Shown in pieces: positions 38,688-45,575 of a stretch of DNA of 64,000 bases. This stretch comes from Pseudolabrys sp. Its GTDB lineage: Bacteria; Pseudomonadota; Alphaproteobacteria; Rhizobiales; Xanthobacteraceae. The stretch is from assembly GCA_035648715.1 (NCBI GenBank), contig DASRLA010000007.1, forward strand, positions 6,445 through 70,444. The letters are read 5' to 3'. The notes under the pieces were generated by a model that did no database searches, was not told where the DNA came from, and worked only from the letters and a program-made list of their open reading frames with translations. Every line of letters starts with the position of its first letter. Position 1 is the first letter of the stretch. A program made the translations under genes and the position numbers.

Positions 38688-39368
38688 ATGGCGAAAGAAA
38701 TCCGATTTGCGGTAGGGAGCCGTGAGGATGTTCGTTCCTCAGTGTGGATGCTGTGGACTAACCGTGATGATTTGTACTTGGCAGCACGGTCTACGGCTGG
38801 ACTTTCCAAGATAAGTTTTCACAAGTCTGGTGTTTGCCGGTATGCGGTCGTGAACAACATTCCAAGGCCCCCGCTGGTGAAATGGAGGCGCCCCCAAAAG
38901 GGCGATCCTGGTGTCAGCGATGACATCACCTCGATGTTTACAATCGAGGTGCCGGCGATGAATTTGAAGAATAGATTTCGTGATCGGCTACCGCCACCCA
39001 ATAAGCCAATAGAGCTTATAGCGCCGCCTGACGATGGCACTAAGGTGATCATTAGAATTTTGCTTGCAAAAAACACGCTAACCGAGGAGGAGGTGCGTAA
39101 GCGCGGCAATAACAAACTGGTATTTTTCCACGGTAGCATTCCGATGCCACGCGAAACTGTGTGGCTGATCTCGTTTTATCAAGATTTGCTTTGGAGTGAG
39201 ATGCAATATGTTGGGAACCTTATTAACACTACAAAAATCAATCTGATGCCGGACAGCTCCAAAGAGGACTTTGGGTCAGCCTATATGCATATAATTGATG
39301 GCGGTAATTCGCCGCGAATTATCGACATTCCGCTAGGCGCTGATAACTTAAATGTTGAAACAAAATGA
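38688..39368 (+). CDS. hypothetical passenger protein of element A
   Basis: 226-aa AT-rich ORF (IRFAVGS...SSVW.LW...KISFHKSG.CR) between the IRs; no recognised domain. Confidence 0.75.
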   Translation: MAKEIRFAVGSREDVRSSVWMLWTNRDDLYLAARSTAGLSKISFHKSGVCRYAVVNNIPRPPLVKWRRPQKGDPGVSDDITSMFTIEVPAMNLKNRFRDRLPPPNKPIELIAPPDDGTKVIIRILLAKNTLTEEEVRKRGNNKLVFFHGSIPMPRETVWLISFYQDLLWSEMQYVGNLINTTKINLMPDSSKEDFGSAYMHIIDGGNSPRIIDIPLGADNLNVETK

Positions 39369-39375
39369 GATTGGC

Positions 39376-39561
39376 ATGAATAAAGAAAGCAAAAAGGCGG
39401 ATCAACTAGACGATGAAGAGGCCGAACGGCGCGCTACGGACGCGCTGCGGCGGGCGCTTAATACACCCTACAAACCGCAGCGCGATATGGTTGGCAAAGG
39501 CGGTGTCCCAGCCAAATCAAACGCGGCAAAGTCGACTAAAAAGACTCCAGCCAAGCAATGA
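39376..39561 (+). CDS. small basic protein convergent on the transposase 3' end
   Basis: MNKESKKADQLDDEEAERRATDALRRALNTPYKPQ...; helical core with a Lys-rich tail. Confidence 0.55.
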   Translation: MNKESKKADQLDDEEAERRATDALRRALNTPYKPQRDMVGKGGVPAKSNAAKSTKKTPAKQ

Positions 39562-39593
39562 GTTTTCGTAGCTTCCTAATCGCCCTTGCGTGT

Positions 39594-40529
39594 TTATTGC
39601 GTTGAACGAGGCTGACGATAGGTGAGGCGTTTACCCTCCGCACCCTTAATCGCACGCAGGGCGCGTTCCGCATCACCTACTCCTAATGCCGCTCTATTGC
39701 TGTAACGGAAATCAAATTCGTCCAAATAGCGTTGCAAATGTTGCTCGCCGCAATGTTGATATGTCCCGCGCATGCCGCGCTTGAACACGCTGAAATAGCC
39801 TTCAACGGTGTTCGTGGTCACATCGCCACGGGCGTATTCGCCAGCACCGTGCTTGACCTTTTCGTGGCTGGCAAACTCGAAATTATGCGCGGTGCCTTCA
39901 TCGGTCATTAGGCGGCTTTTGGTCGAAGCGTTCTCACGCAGGACGCGGTGAACGGTATCAGTGCGAAGGTCGTCCATCTTGAGCGAACGCGACCGACCAC
40001 CGCGCTCTACCAGAGTCAAAATCTTGCTCTTGCCGCCGGGGCCGGGTTTGCCCTTGCGGCGGCGTTTCATCGCCGGATTGGTTTCGGTGTCCTTGGAACC
40101 CCAATAGGCTTCATCGCTTTCGATGATCTTGCCTTCACCGCCCATAGGAGTAGGCGCAGCGTCCCGCATTGACTCACGGATACGATGGCACATGAACCAC
40201 GCCGTCTTGTAGGTCACAGAGATCGTCCGGTGCATTTGGTGGGCGCTAATGCCCTTTTTGCTGGATGCCATGAGGCGATAAGCCAGAACCCATTTATTCA
40301 GCGGAACGTGGCTGCTTTCCATAACTGAGCCAGTGGTCACGGTGAAAGAGCCATCGCAGTTGTTGCAGTGGATCAGGCCGGGGCGGTGGCTCTTGCCATT
40401 GAGGCGATAGACCTTATCGACCGAACCGCAGTGCGGGCAGGTCGGACCCTCCGGCCAGCGGATCGCCTCAAGGTGCTCCCGAGCCTTGTTTTCGTCAGTA
40501 AATACGGGGTCTGTGAGGTTGATAGCCAT
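39594..40529 (-). CDS. IS1595 family transposase (element A)
   Basis: Zn ribbon CPHC...CNNC, HTH SSKKGISAHQ...KTAWF, catalytic ESDE / MTDE / NTVEG, HLQRYLDEFDFRY. Confidence 0.95.
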   Translation of the reverse strand: MAINLTDPVFTDENKAREHLEAIRWPEGPTCPHCGSVDKVYRLNGKSHRPGLIHCNNCDGSFTVTTGSVMESSHVPLNKWVLAYRLMASSKKGISAHQMHRTISVTYKTAWFMCHRIRESMRDAAPTPMGGEGKIIESDEAYWGSKDTETNPAMKRRRKGKPGPGGKSKILTLVERGGRSRSLKMDDLRTDTVHRVLRENASTKSRLMTDEGTAHNFEFASHEKVKHGAGEYARGDVTTNTVEGYFSVFKRGMRGTYQHCGEQHLQRYLDEFDFRYSNRAALGVGDAERALRAIKGAEGKRLTYRQPRSTQ

Positions 40530-40644
40530 GGCCTTGGTCCTTCCGATGACTAAAACCTAGCATTTGTGGCTACCTATGTCAAAGGGATAATTCCGCATAA
40601 GATACGGCATATTATCTTTCCCGTACCCAAAAATAGAGGCATAA

Positions 40645-41505
40645 ATGACCTATCAGAATAGGCCGCAGCTTGACGAGATACTTACAATCGTCTACCGATG
40701 GATGGAACAGCGCCCAATGGATTCGGTCGCCAGGTACATCGAGACGATCATGTCTGAGGACATTAAGTCACTTACCCCAGAAGAAGCCCGGTCACGGGAA
40801 ATCGAGGTGCTTGAGCGCCTCGCGGCTCTCTATCGGGCCGCTCAAGGAAGTGCTGTGCCAGAGGCGAAAACCCCCGCATTACCTGATAACGCCGTCCTAG
40901 CTCGCCTCCCCACTCAGGACGCTATTATTGCTTTCCTCCGGGCCGCTGATGGACCGAAAAAGCCCAGCCAAGCCTGCCGAGCAATGGTTGCAGCGGGGCA
41001 TGAATTTGCCGGTACCGATCCGATGATCGTCGTAAAATCTGCCTTTCAAAAGCTCGCCTCAAACAACAAAGACCTGCTTTACATTGGCAGCGGCAAATGG
41101 ACTTTGGCTTCGAAATACACCCCAGCCAAGCTGAAAAAACTCAAAAATCAGTATGCCGGTCGCGGCGGTCGCAGCCATGAAGATCACGCCAAGGCCACAA
41201 GAGACGGAATGATCGCAAAAGGCCTGTCATTTGGCCGAAAACCCAAATTTGGGCCTGATGACATCGCCAAATTCCGGCATTTGGTGGACAACAAGATCAA
41301 ACGGCCTATGGCTGCACTAAAAGAGGCAGGGATTTCAACGCCTTACTACTATCACTACAAAGATCAAATTTACGCTTGGAAGCCCGGCGATCCATGGCCT
41401 CCCGGTAAGTTTGACGATGTAGAGCCACGCGGCGTGAGCGGCGACGAACTCCGAGCGATGGGCATCATACCGATGCACGCCAGAGTAATCGGGGAAAAGG
41501 ACTAG
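40645..41505 (+). CDS. putative DNA-binding protein: winged helix + resolvase-like C-terminal HTH
   Basis: DAIIAFLRAADGPKKPSQAC...LLYIGSGKWTL (wHTH-like) and TRDGMIAKGLSFGRKPKFGPDDIAKFRHLV...EAGISTPYYY (resolvase arm + HTH-like); start uncertain. Confidence 0.65.
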   Translation: MTYQNRPQLDEILTIVYRWMEQRPMDSVARYIETIMSEDIKSLTPEEARSREIEVLERLAALYRAAQGSAVPEAKTPALPDNAVLARLPTQDAIIAFLRAADGPKKPSQACRAMVAAGHEFAGTDPMIVVKSAFQKLASNNKDLLYIGSGKWTLASKYTPAKLKKLKNQYAGRGGRSHEDHAKATRDGMIAKGLSFGRKPKFGPDDIAKFRHLVDNKIKRPMAALKEAGISTPYYYHYKDQIYAWKPGDPWPPGKFDDVEPRGVSGDELRAMGIIPMHARVIGEKD

Positions 41506-41685
41506 CGACTGAAACAGTTCGGACCCCGGATGGCGATCCGAGGCCCGTATGGCAGGGAGACAGACCTTGCTAACGCCCGCCGCCTTCGTATGGCGGAATG
41601 GAGCCACCACCCGTGATCAACTTGCAAGACGACGCGGGTGGTGGTGCTCCATAACAGAATCCGCCGAATCCGTCCACCTAAGTAC

Positions 41686-41714
41686 TTGACATACCCAGTG
41701 CCATTGGGTACGTT
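41686..41714 (+). promoter_or_regulatory. transposase B promoter with palindromic operator
   Basis: TTGACA-N17-TACGTT; the spacer carries the palindrome TACCCA-N7-TGGGTA; AGGAG RBS follows. Confidence 0.65.
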
Positions 41715-41734
41715 ATGTACACAGGAGAACGGCT

Positions 41735-42676
41735 ATGAAATCGGTCATTTCAGACAAGCACTTTCACGATGAAGCGGCGGCCTACAAATGGGTCGAGGCG
41801 CGCGTTTGGCCGGAAGGTCCGATCTGCCCCCATTGCGGCGGCGTAGACCGTATTAGCCCGATGAAGGGCAAAAGCACCCGCGTCGGCGTCTACAAGTGCT
41901 ACCAGTGCCGTAAGCCCTTCACCGTGAAGGTCGGGACCATTTTCGAATCCAGCCACGTCCCGCTGCGCCACTGGCTACAGGCGATCTTCCTGCTGTCGTC
42001 CAGCAAGAAGGGCATTAGCTCTAACCAACTTGCCCGCACCCTTGGCTGCACCCTTAAAACCGCTTGGTTCATTTCGCACCGCGTTCGCGAGGCGATGAAG
42101 GGGACCAATCTTTCGCCGCTTGGCGGCGAAGGCAAAATCATCGAAAGCGATGAAGCCTATTGGGGCGGCAAGGACGTTGATACCGATCCCAAGATGAAGG
42201 CGCGCCGCCGTGGCAAGCCGGGACCGGGTGGCAAAGCCCGCATCATGACCCTTGTGGAGCGCGGCGGTCATGCCCGTTCGATCAAGATGAACGACCTGAC
42301 CAACGAAAGCATGCGGCGCGTTCTTTTGGAGAATGCAGACCGCAAGAGCCGCCTGATGACCGATGAAGGTACTTCGCCCAGCACCGGCCTCTTGTTCGCT
42401 TCGCATGAAACCGTCAAACACGGCGCAAAGGAATATGCGCGCGGCGACGTGACCACTAATACCGTCGAGGGTTTTTTCAGCGTATTCAAGCGCGGTATGC
42501 GCGGCACTTATCAGCACTGTGCAGAAAAGCACTTGCAACGCTATCTCTATGAGTTCGATTTCCGCTATAACAACCGCATCGCGTTAGGCGTCAACGATGT
42601 GACCCGCGCCGAGAATGCGCTTAAGGGTGTCGTCGGAAAGCGCCTAACCTATCGAACAGTTAACCAGCGGGACTAA
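41735..42676 (+). CDS. IS1595 family transposase (element B)
   Basis: CPHC...CYQC, SSKKGISSNQ, ESDE / MTDE / NTVEG, HLQRYLYEFDFRYN. Confidence 0.95.
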   Translation: MKSVISDKHFHDEAAAYKWVEARVWPEGPICPHCGGVDRISPMKGKSTRVGVYKCYQCRKPFTVKVGTIFESSHVPLRHWLQAIFLLSSSKKGISSNQLARTLGCTLKTAWFISHRVREAMKGTNLSPLGGEGKIIESDEAYWGGKDVDTDPKMKARRRGKPGPGGKARIMTLVERGGHARSIKMNDLTNESMRRVLLENADRKSRLMTDEGTSPSTGLLFASHETVKHGAKEYARGDVTTNTVEGFFSVFKRGMRGTYQHCAEKHLQRYLYEFDFRYNNRIALGVNDVTRAENALKGVVGKRLTYRTVNQRD

Positions 42677-42681
42677 ACTTT

Positions 42682-42852
42682 ATGGCCCAGCGCCCAAAGG
42701 AAAAACCAAAAAGAAAAAGCCAAAAAAACACTGACAAAGAGCAGTCCGAGCGGTTTAAAGATGCCGCTCGGACTGTTGAAGCCGATGAGACTGGTAGAAA
42801 ATTCGATAAGGCTATGGAAGTTCTTATTCCAGCAAAGCGTCCTGCTCGCTGA
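42682..42852 (+). CDS. small basic protein (56 aa) directly after transposase B
   Basis: Read by hand (below the ORF-track cutoff): MAQRPKEKPKRKSQKNTDKEQSERFKDAARTVEADETGRKFDKAMEVLIPAKRPAR. Confidence 0.55.
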   Translation: MAQRPKEKPKRKSQKNTDKEQSERFKDAARTVEADETGRKFDKAMEVLIPAKRPAR

Positions 42853-43654
42853 TATTTTCCGGGCCATGAATTTTGATGTCTTGGACCAACTGCTCCACGC
42901 TTTTCATTTCATAGAATTTAACGCTGTGATCCGCCATCATTTCTTTAACTGCATTTACGAATGATGGCTCTTGTTGCGCAACCTCTCCAACGACAACTAG
43001 TTGGGCAGGTTTTCCGCGCGAGACCGAAAACTCTTTTAACCATTGGCCTTGAACTGCCCTTTTACTAGCTTGGGCCAATGCATCGCTAGAGTTTCCGGCA
43101 AGACGAACGGGATCAATGAGGTTAAATGCTCCATTTTGATAGGCGTAAGGAACTTCAATCGTAACGCCCTGTGGCAATTCTATTGGCTTCGGCTTGCGCA
43201 AAAACTTAGATACGCCCGCCTGCTCGAACTTTCTGCGCAACTCTGCGGTTACCCTCGGGAGGCGATGCACAATCGCCTCATCGTGAACAAGAGAGTTAAA
43301 CAAGTCGGCCAAATCCACCTCGGGATCAACAATCTTGATCGACTGCAATTTAGATAACCGAATCTCATTAGCTCGCGATTCAGCAAACACTTTTAGGCGT
43401 GATAAATCCCATTCCTCGCCAAGTTCGATTCGAATTCTATTTTCAATGCCCTTTTTCAGGGCATCTAAATACGCCCGCTGCTGATGACCAAACATTTGGT
43501 CCACGCGCTTGGGATTTTGGGCAAACCGCATGCCTAGAAAACGTCGTTCAATATCGAGTAGCAAAACTCCGATATTTACGAATTCAAAACGCTCTGGAAC
43601 GGCGCTGAACTGCACCAATGCGTAAAGTCCGCTTCCCTTGCTCATGACACGCAT
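42824..43654 (-). CDS. DUF3037-domain protein
   Basis: N-terminal YALVQFSAVPERFEFVNIGVLL signature; immediately downstream of the HipA-like kinase. Confidence 0.8.
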   Translation of the reverse strand: MRVMSKGSGLYALVQFSAVPERFEFVNIGVLLLDIERRFLGMRFAQNPKRVDQMFGHQQRAYLDALKKGIENRIRIELGEEWDLSRLKVFAESRANEIRLSKLQSIKIVDPEVDLADLFNSLVHDEAIVHRLPRVTAELRRKFEQAGVSKFLRKPKPIELPQGVTIEVPYAYQNGAFNLIDPVRLAGNSSDALAQASKRAVQGQWLKEFSVSRGKPAQLVVVGEVAQQEPSFVNAVKEMMADHSVKFYEMKSVEQLVQDIKIHGPENISEQDALLE

Positions 43655-43656
43655 CC

Positions 43657-44472
43657 CTACAACCCAAGCCCGGCGTCGGCCAGTATCTTGGGCACGATAA
43701 ATTCCGAAACCATCTTAGCGCGTTCGCAGATCACTTCGGCCCACCTTTCGCGCGTAACTTTCGAGACCTTCCATTCTTCAGGAATCGACCCGACCACCTC
43801 TAGCGCGACCTTTCGATCCATCTGCCGGAGGCGGCCAACCGCGCCTCGCACCGCAGGCGCCTTGATATAATGCTTGAATTCTGGAAAGTATCCGTAAACA
43901 CGATCATCTTGCAAGACAAAAGTATCCGACAGGCCATCACCAAGTGTTGATTCAGTAAAGCAATGGGTGTGGTCAAAAACAGTCAATTCAAACTTGGAAC
44001 CCGTTGTTTTAAAGAAAATATTGTCTCTATTTGATACTGCGTCTTTCCACTGTTCGTCTGCTGGATAACGGTCCCCGTTCCTAATCCAAGTGTCGAATAC
44101 AACAAGTTTACTTACATCGTCGGGATTTTGAAGATTGCTCAAGAAAGCGTCCCCTCCGTCTCCAGTAGCCCCTGAAACCTCTTGAGAAATGAATGCCGGA
44201 CCTGGCAACACATTCCCGACCCCGTCCATGGGTATCTCAATGCCGCGAACATTAATGATTGAAAAAGCAGGGGTATGCAGACCAAACCAGCGCGCCAACT
44301 CAGTCCCGACCAATTCGCACGCTAGGCTATCAAGACCAGCCGGGTTCCCCATTCCTTTTAGGAACCCGATACCGTCGTCCGTGGCTACTTTGGCTACCCT
44401 GGTGCTAGTCCGAAGGGTCTCTATAACGCGCTTTACTTCATTCGGACGCCAAATTGTTCCGCACGCCAGCAT
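43657..44472 (-). CDS. HipA-like Ser/Thr kinase (HipA_2-type)
   Basis: FLKG (ATP Lys), LACELVG..LA..FGL..P, FDTWIRNGDR, NRDN, FDHTHCF. Confidence 0.82.
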   Translation of the reverse strand: MLACGTIWRPNEVKRVIETLRTSTRVAKVATDDGIGFLKGMGNPAGLDSLACELVGTELARWFGLHTPAFSIINVRGIEIPMDGVGNVLPGPAFISQEVSGATGDGGDAFLSNLQNPDDVSKLVVFDTWIRNGDRYPADEQWKDAVSNRDNIFFKTTGSKFELTVFDHTHCFTESTLGDGLSDTFVLQDDRVYGYFPEFKHYIKAPAVRGAVGRLRQMDRKVALEVVGSIPEEWKVSKVTRERWAEVICERAKMVSEFIVPKILADAGLGL

Positions 44473-44572
44473 TGCCTGACCCCCGCCTCGCCACCTTTCT
44501 GCCGACAGTGGCCGGATCGGCGCGGGGGGTCAACGGGTACGGGAAGTACAATATGCCGCATAAGATACTATC

Positions 44573-44601
44573 TTTACGATCCATTCGCTTCCGGCCATAA
44601 T
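44573..44601 (+). promoter_or_regulatory. putative promoter of the FadR-type regulator
   Basis: TTTACG-N17-CATAAT, 26 nt upstream of the ATG (GGGAGG RBS); the palindrome AAGATA-C-TATCTT abuts the -35. Confidence 0.5.
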
Positions 44602-44627
44602 CCCTGCCGTCCAGGGAGGACGGGCCA

Positions 44628-45425
44628 ATGGCGCGCGTCACGACGGCCCTCAAGGCCGCACGGCAGCCGGTGTCAATGAGCGGCGGGTCGACCGTCCGCA
44701 TCATGTTCGCCGGGCGTTCGTCGTCGATGTCGGCGCAGGTGGTGGCGGCCGTGCGCGACGACCTGTTCGCCAAGAAGCTCAAGCCCGGCGATTTCCTCGG
44801 CACCGAGAAAGACCTGGCGGCGCGCTTCGGCGCCAGCCGCATCGTCGCGCGCGACGCGCTGCGCACGCTGGAAGCACTCGGCATCGTCGAGATCCGCATG
44901 GGCAAAGGCGGCGGCGCGCGCATCGCGCACGGCAACCCGCGCCTGTTCGCCGAAGCGCTCGCGGTGCAGCTCGACCTCACCGGCGTCACGGCCGGCGAGA
45001 TCATGGACGCGCAGCGGGCCATCGAAACACTCGGCGCCGAACTCGCGGCCGAGAACGCGACCGCCGCCGACATCGCGCATCTGCGCGACCTGCTGCGGCA
45101 GGCACAAGCCGCGATGGGCGATCTCGACGCGTTCACGAGAGTTTCGCGCGACTTCCATCTGGCGGTGGCGGAAGCCTCGCATAACCGCGTCATCGTGGTG
45201 CAGTTGCTGTCGCTCGAACACGTGTCGTGGCCGCGCCGCAACGTCACGGCCACACGCAAGCTCGCCGAGCACATTCTGGAAATTCACACGCAGCTCACCG
45301 ACCTGATCGAAATGCGCGATGCCGCCGCCGCGCGCGCTTTGATGAACGACCACGTCAAGATGATCCGCGCGCGGCGCGTTGCCGAGCATGGGCGTGGGCA
45401 TGACGATGGAGATTCGTGTTGCTGA
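44628..45425 (+). CDS. GntR/FadR family transcriptional regulator (FCD domain)
   Basis: LKPGDFLGTEKDLAARFGASRIVARDALRTLEALGIV wHTH; DFHLAVAEASHN FCD motif. Confidence 0.92.
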   Translation: MARVTTALKAARQPVSMSGGSTVRIMFAGRSSSMSAQVVAAVRDDLFAKKLKPGDFLGTEKDLAARFGASRIVARDALRTLEALGIVEIRMGKGGGARIAHGNPRLFAEALAVQLDLTGVTAGEIMDAQRAIETLGAELAAENATAADIAHLRDLLRQAQAAMGDLDAFTRVSRDFHLAVAEASHNRVIVVQLLSLEHVSWPRRNVTATRKLAEHILEIHTQLTDLIEMRDAAAARALMNDHVKMIRARRVAEHGRGHDDGDSCC

Positions 45426-45434
45426 AATATTTTC

Positions 45435-45540
45435 TGTCATTCCGGGGCGCGCGTCAGCGCGAACCCAGAATCCAGAAGCCAATTCGGGACGTGGTGCTGG
45501 ATTCCGGGTTCGCGAGCTTCGCTTGCGCCCCGGAATGACA
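45435..45540. repeat. GTCATTCCGGG...CCCGGAATGAC palindromic repeat
   Basis: Terminal IR TGTCATTCCGGGGCG/CGCCCCGGAATGACA with internal hairpins; second copy at 47870-47980. Confidence 0.85.
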
Positions 45541-45575
45541 GCGAAATGAAACGATAATCAAAGGGAGTAAACCAA

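Larger units (their letters stand above)
38490..40595 (-). mobile_element. IS1595-family cargo transposon A (2106 bp)
   Basis: Perfect 26-bp terminal IRs CGGAATTATCCCTTTGACATAGGTAG (38490-38515 and 40570-40595), flanked by CATAAGATA direct repeats (38481-38489, 40596-40604); contains a DDE transposase. Confidence 0.93.
40605..44558 (+). mobile_element. IS1595-family cargo transposon B (3954 bp)
   Basis: 24-bp IRs with 3 mismatches: CGGCATATTATCTTTCCCGTACCC (40605-40628) and GGGTACGGGAAGTACAATATGCCG (44535-44558); flanked by CATAAGATA (40596-40604, 44559-44567). Confidence 0.92.

Noticed and set aside
40590-40615. Resemblance of CGCATAAGATA to the XerC arm of alphaproteobacterial dif sites
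   Set aside because: The CG comes from the IS end, and no XerD arm (TTATG...) follows at any of the three copies or in the reconstructed empty site.
38490-44558. A single composite transposon bounded by two IS copies
   Set aside because: Each transposase has its own IR pair, and an intact target duplication separates the two elements.
38481-44567. Three CATAAGATA(C) direct repeats as a CRISPR-like or att array
   Set aside because: They are only 9-10 bp, kilobases apart and fully explained as target-site duplications; there are no cas or integrase genes in the window.
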